Below, one piece after another: positions 49,706 through 62,990 of a stretch of 64,000 nt of DNA. The notes beneath the pieces were generated by a model, which had not been told where the DNA came from, ran no database searches, and saw nothing but the letters and a program-made list of their open reading frames with translations. The stretch's first letter is position 1; each line of letters starts with the position of its first letter. The position numbers and the translations under genes were made by a program. Source of the DNA: Mobula hypostoma (lineage: Eukaryota); contig NC_086097.1 of assembly GCF_963921235.1 (NCBI RefSeq), forward strand, positions 171,060,001 to 171,124,000, read 5' to 3'.

Positions 49706-51224
49706 GACTCACACAAAAGGTGTTGGTGGGACTCAGCAGGTCAGGCAGCATTTATAGAGACCATCAGCCTTGGAAGCAGTCCAGCAAGTGTGCCTTCTCT
49801 AGGATCTTCACATCCTTCCTAAACTTAGTTGACCCAAACTGAATGCAATAATTTGGCTGTGGCATCATCAAAAGATCAGAGCACAATGTAGACAGAAGCA
49901 CTCAGCAGGTCAGGAACGCCCATGGAAAGATAAGCAGTTTCTCTCTACATAGATGCTGCTTGATATGCTGAGTGTTTCCAGCATTTTCTGTGATCATTTC
50001 AGATTCCCTTTATCCACAGTTTCTTCCAGTTTCATCCAGGCCTATTGACCTAAAAAGTCTTTGCCAGTTTATCACCCATTTAAACCTTCTACGTCCATTC
50101 AACATACCCTTAAACCCTTTCCCCAGCTAAATGATTAAATACATCTCCACATTTGACTTCAGCTAGTTCCTGTGGAAGTGAGTTCCATACTCTAATCCCT
50201 CTGTATAATGAGGCTTCTGAACTCCTAATTGGATTAACTATCTGGTATTTTATGGAAGTAAAAAAAAGATAGGAAACATTGACTGTCAAGGAATCTTGAT
50301 CCTTCCTGTGCTAATCTAACAGCAATCATAGATCATAGAACATAGAACAGTCAACACAGGAGCAGGTCCTTCTGCTCCCAGCATAATGCCAAATTAAACT
50401 GAATCCTTTCTGCCTTTATATGATCCATATCACTCCCTTTTTCAATTAAACATGCCTTTTAAATGTCACTGTCATATCTGCTTCCACCACTTCCCCGGCA
50501 GTCCATTCCAGATACTGTACTTACCGATCTGTGTGAGCCAACCACCTCCTTTAAATTTCCCCCACTCACCTTATGTCCTCTAGTACTTTACATTTCTACT
50601 CTGGCAAAAGATATTCTGACTTCTTAAACCTATCTATGCCTCTCATAATTTTATAAACTTCCATCAGGTCTCTCCTCAGTCTTTGAAGCTCCAGAGAAAA
50701 CAACCCCACTCAGTGTATAAATTAACCTGCTTCAAACTCATTAGATCTCCACAGTAGAGTGCAAATGAGCTCTGATGACTCAACACTTGAATAGGTGAAA
50801 AATAGATGGTCTACAGTGAAACTTTTGAATGATTGAACTGAAAACAGCTTCAAGAATTCTTCAGTTAATAGTGTGTTCCTACAGCAAAGATATTTGCTCC
50901 TTCATCAAGCCATTATACTCAGACCATTAAGTTGTTTGCTCCAGGTTATCACTATCTCATCACTGTTTGGGGAATTAAATTAATAGAATGCATAATATTT
51001 AAGGAATGTTTTACCAGCAACAGATTTGTGCTGGTTTCATGGTCACCGGACTCACAGAATGAATGGCAGGAGGTCACCATGTCACGTTTGAATATTTAAT
51101 TCATTTTGTGGGTGAAAGGAATAAGATCCTTAATTTCTCTCCCCAGTGCACACGGTTGCAAAACTATGGGTGAGCACATTGACTTTACCATTCAACCCGA
51201 AACTGTTTCTTAAATATTGATCAT

Positions 51225-51710
51225 TTGCAAATTTCTATAGGTGGGCCAACGGCAGCATTCTAACTGGTTGCATAGGATTGAAAAAACTGGCAGAAAGTTG
51301 TAAACTCTGCCAGTTCCGTCATGAGCACCTGCCTCCCCAGCATCCAGGACATCTTCAAAAGGTGATGTCTCAAAAAGGCGGCATCCATTTTTAACGATCA
51401 CCTTCACGCAGAATATGCCCTCTTCTCATTGCTAGCATCAAGTGTGGGAGCCTATAGACATAGATTCAATTATTCAACTATTCTTCCCCCCTGCTATCAG
51501 ATTTCTGAATGGACAATAAACCCATGAAGGCTACCTCACCATTTAAAAAAATAGTTTTGCTTTTTTTGCAATACTTATGTAATTTAATTTTTATATATAC
51601 TTACTGTAGTTTATAGTTTATTATTATTATGTATTGTAATCTACTGCTGCCGCAAACCAACAAATTTCACAACATATGCCAGTGATATTAATCCTGAATC
51701 TAATTCTGTT
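51225..51710 (+). mobile_element. Rex/Babar-like 3' fragment
   Basis: LPSIQDIF...KKAASI..DH; UTR shared with other copies. Confidence 0.65.
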
Positions 51711-51864
51711 TCTGTTTGTGACTCCCAGTGTTAGAGTGATGAAGTTACTAATCTAATAAACGGAGAACTTGCTTATTGATTCATAAACACTGGTTCTGAT
51801 CCTGTTGAGGCTGCTGTTGAATTCAAATGCTATACTAGCAGTGAAAATTAGTTTACAAAGCTAA

Positions 51865-53050
51865 AGCAATACACATAAAATGCTGGAGCAGCAGATTAGA
51901 CAGCATCTATGGAAATGTTTAAACAGTTGACGTTTTGGCTGAGGCGCTTCCTTGGAATTGGAAATGAAGGGAGAACAAGCCAAAATAAAAAGGTGAGGAA
52001 GGGGAAGGAGGATAGCAAAAAGGTGATAGATCAGGCCAGGTGTGTAGGACAGGTAAAGGAGGAAGGAACCTGGGGGAGGTGATAGGCAGGTGAGAAGAGG
52101 TAAGTAGCCAGAGTGGGAAATAGAAGAAGAAGGGAGGGGAAAGATTTTTTTTTTCAGGAAAAATCTATATTCATGTTATCAAGTTGGAGGCTAGCCAGAT
52201 GGAATATAAGATGTTGCTCCTCCACCCTGAAGATGGCCTCATTGTGGCACAAAAGGAGGCCATGGACTAACATGCCAAAATGGGAATGGGAATGAGAATT
52301 AAAAAAATTTCCTACCGGGAAGTTCAGCTTTTGCTGGATGAAGCGGAGGTGCTCGACAAACGGTCCCACAATTTACAACAGGTCTCACCAATGTGGAGGA
52401 GGCTGCATTAAGATCATCTTGCACAACAGATGACCCCAGCAGATTTGCAGATGAAGTGTTGGTTCAGACTGTTTGGGGCCCTGAATGGAGATGAGGGAGG
52501 AGGTGAGTGGGCAGGTGTAGTCTTTTGGCCGCTTGCAGGGATAAATGCTGGAAGAGAGATTAGTGGGAAGGACGAATGAACAAGGGAATCACGGAGGGGA
52601 GGGGGTGATCCCTGCAGAAAGTGGAGGGGGAAGGTATAGATGTGTTTGGTGGTTAGATCCCTTTTGAGGTGATGGAAGTTGCAAAGAATAATGTGTTGGA
52701 TGTGGAGGCTCATGGGGTGGTAGGTGAGAACAAGAGGAACTCTATCACTGTTATGGTGGTGGGAAAATGTGTTGAGGACAGATGTTCGGAAAATAGAGGA
52801 GACGCATGTGAGGGCAGCATTAGTGGTGGAGGAAGGGAAACCCCATTCTTTGAAGAAGGAGGACACCTCGGATGTTCTGGAAAGGAAAGCCACATCCTGG
52901 TAACAGATACATTGAAGATGAAGGAACTGAGAAAAGGGAATAGCATTTTTACAGGAAGTACAGTGGGAAGAGGTATAGTCAAGATAACCATGGGAATTGG
53001 TAGGTTTATAAAAGATGTCAGTTGACAGTTTGTCTCCAGAGATAGAGACA
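51865..53050 (-). pseudogene. Degenerate Penelope-like element
   Basis: SRTSEVSSFFKEWGFPSST...RVPLVLTYHPMSLHIQHIIL; GLLLCHNEAIFRVEEQHLIFHLASLQLDNMNIDFS. Confidence 0.88.
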
Positions 53051-54131
53051 GAGGTTAGAAAATTAGATTACAAATCTAGTTTATTCTATTGTGAAAACCT
53101 ACCTAGTTCATTAATATTCTTCTCTGTCCTTAACAGATCTAGCTTTCACATAAAACAAAGACAGAAAGTGCTGAAAGTAAGTCAAACAGCATATGTGGAG
53201 AGAGGAAAAGAGTTAACGTATCAGATCAAAGATCTTTCTTCAGAATGGGAAAAAGAGAGAACATAAACAGAAGAGATTCTGCACACACTGGAAATCTTGG
53301 GCAATGCACATAAATGCTGTGGGGGGGGGGATTCAGCAAGTTTAGCAGCATGTATGAAGGGGAATGAAAAGTTGATGTTTCAGGCTGAGGTTCTTCATCA
53401 GGATTGGAAAGGAAGGGAGCAGAAGCCAGGATAAGAAGGCAGGGTAGGGAAAGGAGTACAAGCTGGCAGCTAATAGATGAAATAGAGAGAAACATGTCAT
53501 GTTAAGGTTGCAGAGAACATGAAGGAAGGATGGATAGGGTAAAGGGAATATATCCAATAGGGTGCTGTGGAGTTAAACTGTCTATGAAGCCATAGAGAAG
53601 TCATGTTATTCAGTGCAGAGATGGGCCTTTCAAAATTACGAGGGGTGTAGATAGGGTGAATGCCAGCAGGCTTTTTCCACTGGGACTACAACCAGAGGTT
53701 GTGGGTTAAGTGTGAAAGATGAAAAGTTTAAGGGGAACATGAGAGGAAGCTTCTTTGCTCAGAGCATTGTGAGAATGTGGAACAGGCTGTCAGTGCAAGT
53801 AGTACATGTGGGCTCGATTTCAGCGTTTAGGAGAACTTTGGATAGTACATGGATGGTAGGGGTATAGAGGGCTATAATCCCGATGCAGCTATCAGGGAGG
53901 AGTTACAAGAGCCTGAAGATCCCCACTTCAAGTTTTAAAAACAGCTCCTTCTCTGTCATCAGATTTCTGAATGGTCCATGAACCCATGAGCATTACCTCA
54001 CTGTTCTTCTATTGCACTATTCATTTTTTGTAACTTACATTAATTTTTAGGTCTTACACTGTATCGCTGCATAAAACAGCAAATTGCATGAAATATGCTG
54101 ATGGTAAAAGACATTCTAGTTCTGATTCTAA

Positions 54132-55135
54132 GGCTACGTCCACGCTACGCTGGATAATTTTGAAAACTAGGCTTTTTCTCTTTGTTTTGACCCTCTGTCC
54201 ACACTAAAATGGCGTTTTCATCCCTTGAAAATGGAGATTTTCAGAAACGGTCTCCAGAGTAAATAAATCTGAAAACGCCTAATATCCGTTGCAGTGTGTA
54301 TGGGGTAACCGGAGCTTTTTAAAACGGCTGTCATGACGTGCCGGAACAGATGGCGGCAGCACGGCATTTCATTGTTTTATTATTATTATTATTACTTTAT
54401 TGTCGCCAAACAGTTGATCCTAGAGCGTACAATCATCACAGCGATATTTGATTCTGTGCTTCGCTGAACCTAACAATTTCAGAACAGCCGGCAACGAGAC
54501 TGAAGCCAGAAGAGTTAGAAATGTTCTCACCAAGTACTTTGACCCATAGCTTACTGAATAAATAAGTATACTCACTTTGCCCTGTTTTCTGTCCTTCCTT
54601 GTATGAAGGTAAGGACAGAAAACACCCTCCGCCACCTCCAGTTTAAATTCCATGTGGAATACTTTGGAGGATCAAGAACCAAGAACCAAGGTGGTTTACC
54701 TTGCAAGTACTTCTCTGACAATAGATGTGTAACAGCCTAATGTAACATTGTATGGAAATACAAGATAACACTGATGCAGACATGTTTTTATACATTTAAC
54801 AAGGTACTTTATTAATGCAGCAGAGTCAGTCAGTTTTTCAATGCTCGTCGTCAGCTGGGTCATACTGTCGGTGAACTCCCTGTTGGTTGCCTCCATACGC
54901 TCCAGTATTTGTTTTTTTTAGTTTTAAGTCCTCCTGTCCTCAAACGCGTACCAAGTATACCATTTCCTCTTCGCTTGTTTTCTGTGTGTCCTGTGCATGC
55001 CCAGTAGGAGGAGATTCGCCCAAATATCCAGCTAATGTGGACAGAGATATTTTGAAAAACGCTTAGTGTGGACGCCTGTCATTTTTACTCGAAACCGGCG
55101 TTTTCAAAGTTATCCGGCGTGGTGTGGACGTAGCC
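54132..55135. mobile_element. Non-autonomous PIF/Harbinger DNA transposon (about 1 kb)
   Basis: About 36-bp TIRs GGCTACGTCCAC...TTTGAAAAC / GTTTTCAAA...GTGGACGTAGCC; TAA TSD at 54129-54131 and 55136-55138. Confidence 0.9.
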
Positions 55136-56479
55136 TAAAAGTTTCAGAACAGTCATCCTGGGAGCTTACAGCTGCCCTACTATTGTTTGGGATGCAGACA
55201 GAAAGAAATAATTAACATTTCAGGTAATTAACTTTACAGAGACACTACCCCTCTTACTTTCTCAACAAGTATTCCTGACCTGCTGAGTTTTCACATAATT
55301 TTCTGCCTTTATTTTGGGGTTGTCGAGATCTGCAATATTGTGCTTATGTACCATAGTCATTGGGACTAAATTCAGGAAATTTAGTTCAGGAAAACTTGCT
55401 GCCTTGTTCGTTAAGTATCATGGATCAGTATATTTAATTCTATCCGCCAATACCTCTACCCAGTCTATTCAATAGCTGTGGAAAGAAAATCTTACATGGT
55501 CAAAGCCCCTCTTAACTAGCCATCTCCATTTCCTCTGAGGGGGGAGGACATCAGTGGACCTGTATGTCTAGGTAGTAGATTAAAAATAGAAAGATGATTT
55601 ATTTATCATCTTTTCGAGTTGAGATAATGCATCATCTAGCTAAAACGTGAACTGCGTTTCCACAAATGCTGCCTTGACTGCTAAATAATTTTAGTATTTT
55701 ATTTTTACTTTAAAAGATGAGCCTTCTGTCTTTAATAAGTTAAAGCAGCTAACATAATCAAAGGCCCCACCCTCCAATCTTCCCCATCCCATCACACAGA
55801 AGACACAAAAGCCTGAAAGGATGTTACCACCAGGCTGAAGGTCAGCTACTATTCCACTGTTATAAGACTAGTACCTTAAGGTGGACTCTTGACCTCACAA
55901 TCTACCTCAGCATGGTCTTGCACCTTATAGTCTGTCTGCACTGCACTTTCCCTGTAGCTGTAACTCATTTTTCTTCAGTAAATGTACTGCTGTAATGAAA
56001 CGGTATGACTGCATGGCATGTAAAACAAATTTGTTTTGTCACTGTAGCTCTGTACGTACAATGGAAGGTAAGCCAATTTACCCATTTACCAGATTTACCA
56101 ATTTCGATGTGTTAAATTATATTACAGTTCAGAGCTATACTGATCGAAGTGATAGGCTAATCAAAGTTGAATCTGGCAAGATACAAAGGCTGCACTTTGT
56201 GATATTGCACAAAAAAAAACTTTATTATTATTTTGTAGCTCACTGACTGGTTCAGCACAGCAAGAGGTCATCGATCCATTGAGCCTAGACCGTTCATTGA
56301 AGGAGCTGTCCAACAGCATTAGCAGTACATAGCAGAGCTGAAGCCTCATGATTCCAGTGACCCAGATCTAATCCTGACCTCCAGTGCCATGTGGACTGTG
56401 CACATTCTCTCTGTGACCATATGGGCTTCCGCCAGGTGTTCTGGTTTCAATCCACATGCCAAAGGTATCCAAATTCTTC

Positions 56480-57145
56480 ATGGGTTATTGGTATTGGTCT
56501 ATTATTGTCACATGTGCCACATTACAGTGAAAAGCTTGGCTTGTATGTAGTTGAAAGATCAAATCCTTACACAGTACTTTGAGCTAGATTAAAGTACAAT
56601 AATAACAAAAAATAAAGTATAAAAGTTACGGAAAAATGCAAATATAGTGCAAGATCGGAATGAGATAGATTGTGAGGCTAAGACTCCATCTTATTATACA
56701 AGAGGTCTATTCAAGAGTGTGATAAGAGTGGAATTGAGACTATCCTTGAGCCAGGTTTATATGCTGTCAGGCTTTTGTATCTTTTCCCTGATAGGAGAGG
56801 GGAGAAGAAAGAATGTCCTGGCTCAGTAGGATCTTTGATTATGCTGGCTGCTTTATTGAGACAGTAAACAGTATAGACAGATTCCACAGAGGGGTGGCTT
56901 GTTCCTGTGATGTGCTGAACTGTGTCTACAACACAGTGCAGTTTCTTGCCATGACATGCAGAATAGTTGAGAGTCGACGGGGACGTGCCAAATTTCTTTA
57001 GCCACCTGAAGAAGTAGAAATGTTGGTGAGCTTTCTTGGCCATGGCATCAATGTGGTTAAACCTGGACAGGCTATTGGTGATGCTCACAAAGAGGAACCT
57101 GAAGCTCTCAACTCTGTTGTCCTCGGCACCGTTGACGCAGACTCT
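56480..57145 (-). pseudogene. Rex/Babar-like LINE RT 3' part
   Basis: VESFRFLFVSITNSLSRFNHIDAMAKKAHQHFYFFRWLKKFG...KAASIIKDPTEPGHSFF. Confidence 0.8.
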
Positions 57146-57789
57146 GATATATGTCTTCCAGACACTCACCCTTCTGTTATTTTAAACAACTTATACTTAG
57201 CTGCTACATCAGAAACATTCATAATTGTTGCTTTTTCAAAACTTGGCACACATCCAAGTGCAATTCTCCAAAAGATATTGCTTCTGTGTTAAATTAATGT
57301 GCTCACAAGACACAAAATGCCAACGGAAGGCAAATTAACACATCAGCAGCCATGCAGTGGGAGATCTGCCTGTTCCCAATGGTGCTGCTTAATGGGGCTG
57401 TCTCAATGAGTGCTCGGATATTTTTCGATTACCAGTCAGAATCATGTGTGTTTAATCTGAAGTGATAAGGAGGAAGATCAAGTCATTGTGGCTGACAAAT
57501 TATACTCTTGGTGTAAACAACCAGAAAAGCAAATCTGCACTTATACACATGACAAGCAATATTTTAGCACACACTGTTAGCAATCAACGTTGGAATGGGG
57601 GTGAAAATAAATGAACTGTGCTTTAAACTACTTTGTTAGCCGGAAGCACATTCTCCTTGGTAAGGAGGGGGAACCCACCACTGAAATAATGGATATTGAG
57701 GCAGGATCATTCGCCGGGATCTTGATGAATGACAGGACAAGCTTGAGGTCTCAGTGTCCTGCTCCTTCTCAATCTCCTACTTCCCTCTG

Positions 57790-58030
57790 AGGCAAAGAAG
57801 GAGTCATTCTGTAAAGATTTGGAGTCACATATAGACCAGGTTGGGTAAGGAGGACAAATTCCCTTAAGGTTTCCACAACAATTTGGTGGGTTTATGGTTA
57901 TCATTCATGTTTTTAAAATCCAGATTGACTTAAAATACTGAATTTTAAATCCCCGGTGACTGTGGTGAGATTCAAGCTGGTTGAATGTTTTTGGTCTTTA
58001 GCTGAACCATCATTGACTTAGCCACTACAC
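57790..58030 (-). mobile_element. Old tRNA-derived SINE
   Basis: Complement resembles 7350-7510. Confidence 0.4.
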
Positions 58031-58499
58031 TCCCATGGATGGTGATGAGCTCAATTAGAGGTGATAAATGAAACTTGAACTTGCCTGAATTAGGGAGAGG
58101 TACTGTGGATTTTGGAAATGTGATTACCCTGAAGTGCTTGGTATTGGAGTACAGTGTGGTGCAGTAGGTAGGTACCATAGTGACCACAGTTTTCAACCCC
58201 GACCTTAGATGCTGCTTGTGTGGAATTTGCATTCTCCCTGTGATTTTCAGAGCGATTCCTCACATGATAGACATGTGCTGGTTGGTACATTAACTGGCGC
58301 TATAAATTGCCATTCATGTGGGTGAGTGATAGGAATATCAGGGGGAACAAATGAATCCAGGGGACAGAGTAGTCTATGGGGAAGTAAGTGCTTGAGTAGT
58401 CAATGGGGAAAGGCTTTGGTTCAACAGATTTTGCTGAGAGCAGGCAGACCCTTGAAGTAAATTTCTTGCAGGTTTGTTTTTCATTTTCTTTTTCTACTA

Positions 58500-58652
58500 C
58501 AGTCGACCTTCACTAATCCAACTACTTGTAATCCGGTTCCTTGGATAATCTGGCACTGATTATGCTTAATGTGATCCTTCTGTAATTCGGCATTTTCACT
58601 AATCCGGCACTCCTCAGGTCCCAATGGTGCCGGATTAGTGAAGGTCGACCTG
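58500..58652. mobile_element. 153-bp Tc1/mariner (Tigger/pogo-type) MITE
   Basis: TIRs CAG(G)TCGACCTTCACTAATCC / GGATTAGTGAAGGTCGACCTG, flanked by TA on both sides. Confidence 0.9.
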
Positions 58653-59130
58653 TAACACATAGCTAGTGCAGGGAGAATGGATTTAGGGTTAGTGTCATGT
58701 GCTTTGTGTGAGATGTTGGAACTCTGGGAGATCTCCAGTCTCCCTGAAAACTACATCTGCACAAAATGGATTGAGCTGCACTTAGAGACCATATCAAGGA
58801 ACTGGAGCTGCAGCTGGATGACCTTTGACTCATACGGGAGAATGAGGGGGTGGTAGATAGGAACTACAGAGCTGTAGTCACCCCTAAGTTGCAGGGGTCA
58901 GGTGGCTGGGTGACTGTCAGGAGAGGGAAAGGTAATAGGCAGCCAGTACAGAGTACTCCTGTGGCCGTTCCCCTCTATAATAAGTATAATAATTTAGAAA
59001 TTGTTAGGGGGTGGGAATTACCTACCAAAGGAAGCTGCAGCAGCTGGGGTCTCTGGCACAGTGCCTGGCGATGTGGCTTAGAAGGGAAGTGGGAGAAGAG
59101 GAGTGCAATATTGATAGAGGGTTCCATAGT

Positions 59131-60225
59131 TTTTTAAAAAAGGATTCATTTACAGGATATGGATATCGCCAGCTAAGCCAACATTTATTTCCCATCCCTA
59201 GTTGCCCTTGAGAAGGTGGTGATGAACTGCCTTCTTGAACCTCTGCAGTCCCTGAGGTGTAGGTACACCCACAGTGCTGTTAGGGAGGGAATTCCATGAT
59301 TTTGACCCAGCAACAATGAAGGAACGGTGATATGTTTCCACGTCAAGATGGTGAGTGACTTGGAGGGGATTTCCAAGTGGTGGTGTTCCCAGGTATCTAC
59401 TGTTCTCGTCCTTCTAGATGGTAGTGGTCTTGGGTCTGGAAGGTGCTGCCTTAGGAACTTTGGTGTGTTGTTGCAGTGCATCTTGTAGATAGTACATGAT
59501 CTGCTGCAACTGTTCATCGATGGTAGAGGGATTGGATGCTTGTGAAAGGAGTAGCAATCGAGTGGGCTGCCTTGTACTGGATGGTGTCAAACTTCTTGAG
59601 TGTTGATGGAGCTGCACTCACCCAGGCGAGCGGCGACTATTCCATTACACTTCTGACCTGAGCCTTGTAGATGGTGGACAGGTTTTGGGGAGTCAGGAGA
59701 TGAGTTATATGCTGCAGGATTCCTACCCTTTGACCTATTCTGGTAGCCACAGTTTTTATATGGCTAGACCCGTTCAGTTTCCTGTCAATGGTAACCCACA
59801 GGAAGTTGATAGTAAGGGATTCAGTGACGGTGACACCACTGAATGTCAAGAGACGATGGTTAGAGCCTCTCTTGTTGTAGATGGTCATTGCCTGGCACTT
59901 GCATGGCTCGAATGTTACTTGCCATTTTGTCAGCCCAAGCCTGGATATTGTCCAGGTCCTGGTGCATTTGGGTATGAACTGCTTCACTATCTGAGGAGTC
60001 ACGAATGGTGCGGAATGTTGTGCAGTCATCTGCGATCATCCCCACTTCTGACCTTGTGATGGAAGGTCATTGATGAAGCAGCTGAAGATAGTTAGTCCTA
60101 GGACACTTCCCTGAGGAACTCCTGCAGTGACGTCTTGAGGATCAGATGATTAACCTCCAACCATCACAACCATCTTCCTTTGTGTCAGGTATGATTCTAA
60201 CCAGTGCAGCATTCTCCCCCATTGA
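59131..60225 (-). pseudogene. Second CR1-group LINE (different family) inserted antisense in ORF1
   Basis: MGMIADDCTTF; KWQVTFEPCKCQAMTI; LSTIYKAQVRSVME. Confidence 0.85.
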
Positions 60226-60689
60226 GTTAGGGGAGCAGAAAAGAGGGTCTGTGGATGTGAAAGAGACACCCGGATGGCATTTTTCCTCCTAGGTGTCAGG
60301 GTCAGGGATGTCTCAGGTAGGTCCTCAGCCTCCTAAAGGGGAGACAGTGAATAGCTGGAAATTATGGTACATATTGATACAAATGTCAGAGTTAGGAAAA
60401 GAGATGCAGTTCTGAAGAGAGAATATTGGGAGTTAGGTAGAAAGCTGAAAAACAGGACCCAAAAGACAGAAAGTTGTAATCTCTAAATTGCTGCTTGTGC
60501 CACACAGCAGTAAGGGTAGGAATATGACAATTTGGCAGATGAATGTGTGACCAAGGAAATGGTGCAGAGGGCAATATTTCAGATTTCTGGATCACAGAGA
60601 TCACAACTTGGGAAGCTATGTCTAGAAAAAAGAGAACGGGTTACACCTGAACTCAAGGAGCACCAATATCCATGCAGGCAGTTTTGACT

Positions 60690-60962
60690 TTGCATTATAC
60701 AACCTTAAGATTTGTCTCTTAACAGGCAGCCTCAAAACAAAAAAAAACAAAAGAACCATTTGAAAAAGAGACCATCAAGCACCCAATGTGCAGAGAAACA
60801 AAAGCAAATCATGCAAACAACAAACGCAAGCAAATAGCGTTCTGTACTGATGTTCCCAAAGAGAGATCCTTCGTTCAGAGCAGACAAGAGTAATCATCAT
60901 GGAACAGCGAGCTGAACTGGCCTGTCCCTCACCTTGGGCCCAAAACCCTGACCTTTTCAGTC
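60690..60962 (-). mobile_element. Rex/Babar-related non-autonomous fragment
   Basis: Resembles 6395-6650; separates CR1 ORF1 from the resumed ORF2. Confidence 0.5.
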
Positions 60963-62990
60963 CCGTGGCTGACAAGGGAAATCAAAGGTAGCATAAAGGA
61001 AACAGGAAGGGCATATAATATAGCAAAAATTATTGGGAAGTTAGATTACGAAGCTTTTAAAAACCAACAGAAGGCAACTAAAAAAGCCATAAGGTGAGAA
61101 AGGATGAAATATGAAGGTAAGCTAGTCAATAATATAAAAGAGGGTACCAAAAATTTTCTTCTGATCTATGAAGAGTAAAAGAGAAATGAGAGCGGAAATT
61201 AGACCACTGAAAGATGACATTGGAGAGGGTGCAAAAGGGGACAAAGAAATGGCAGAACGAATCTAAACTATTTTGTGTCAGTTTTTGCTGCGGAAGACAA
61301 AAGCAGTTTGACAGAAAGTGTCAGGAGCAGAAGTAAGTGTAGTTGCTATCACTAAGGAGAAGGTGCTTGGGCATCTGATAAATCTGAAGGTAGACAAGTC
61401 ACCTGGACCAGAACGACTGCACCTTGGGTTCTGAAAGAGGCAGCTGAAGAGATTGTGGATGCATTAATGGCGATCTTCCAAGAATCACAAGATTCTGGAA
61501 TGAAGACTGGAAAACTAGAAGACCCGAAAATTACAAATGTCATTCCAGATTAAGAAGGGAGAGAGGCAGCAGAAAGGAAATTATAGGCTAGTTAGCCTGA
61601 CCTCAGTGGTTGGAAAGATGTTCATGCCCATTATTAAGAATAAGGTTTCAGGGTACTTGGAGGCATATGCGAAAGTAGGCCAAACTCAGCATGGTTTCAG
61701 GAAATCAGGCCTGACAAATTTGTTGGAATTCTTTGAGAAAGTAAACAGGCAAGATAGAAAGGAGAGTCAGTGGACGTTGTTTATTTGGATTTTCAAATGG
61801 CCTTGGGTAAAGTGCATGAGGGTGGTAACAAGATAAAGACCTATGCTATTATAGGAAAGATACTAGCATGGATAGAAGACCAGCTGACTGGCAGGAGGCA
61901 AAGAGTGGCAATAAAGGGGGCCTTCTTTGGTTTGGTTGACTGCTGGTGATTAGTAGTTTCTGCAGGAGTCAGTGTTGGGACTGCTTCTTTTCACGTTATA
62001 TGTCAATGATTTGAATGACGGAACTTAGTGATTTGTGGCCAACTTTGTGGACGATACTAAGATAGGTGGAGAGGCAGGCAGTATTGAGAAAGAAGGGACT
62101 CTGCAGGAGGACTTAGACAGAATAGGATAGTCGACGAAGTGGCAGATGGAATATAGCACAGGTAAACGTGTGGTCATGAACTTTGGTAGAAGGAATAAAG
62201 GCAAAGACTATTTTCTAAACAGGGAGAAAATCCAAAAATCAGAAGTACAATGGGTCTTTGGAGTCCTTGTGTAGGAATCCCTGAAGGTTAACTTGGAGGC
62301 TGAATTGGTAGCAAGAAAGGCAAATCGGATGTTAGCATTAATTTTGAGAGGACTAGAATATAAAAAGCAAGATATAATGCTGAGTGTTTATAAGACATTG
62401 GTCAGACTGCATTATGTTGTGAGCAGTTGTAGGCCCTAAAAAGGTGTGCTGGCATTGGAGAAGGTCTAGAGGAGGTTCGTGAGAATGGTTCCAGGAACAG
62501 AAGGGTTAACGTATGAGGAACTTTTATTAACTCTTAGCTTGTACATGCTGGAGTTTAGAAAAATGAGCTGGGAACTTATTGAAGCCTCTCCAATTTTGAA
62601 AGGCCGAGACAGAATGGATGTGTCAAGGATGTTTCTGCAGTGGGTGAGTTTAAGAGCACAGGGCACGAAGCGATGTCCATTTAGAACAGCGATAAGTACC
62701 AATTTCTTTAGCCAGAGGCTGGTGAATCTTTGAAATTCATTGCCATGTATGGCTGTGGAGGCCAAGTCATTGGGTATATTTAAAGTGGAGTTTGAAAAGC
62801 AGTGGGCATCAAAAGTTATGGGGAGAAGGCAGGAGAATGGGGTTGAGAGCATTAATGAATCAGCCATGTTTGAATTGCAGAGCAAACTCAATGAGGTGAA
62901 TGGCCTAATTTTGCTCCTGTGCCTTATAGTCTTATAACAAAGCCAAATACAAACGGGAGGAACAACACCTTATATTACATCTGCATAGAC

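Larger units (their letters stand above)
58380..62937 (+). mobile_element. Near full-length degenerate CR1 LINE (ORF1 Zn-finger/leucine zipper/esterase; ORF2 RT; endonuclease region missing) with three nested inserts
   Basis: VSCALCEM..YICTK..LRDHIKELELQLDD; AILIEGSIV|RGA; GNYRLVSLTSVVGKM; ANFVDDTKIGG; 3' tail TTATAGTCTTAT. Confidence 0.88.
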
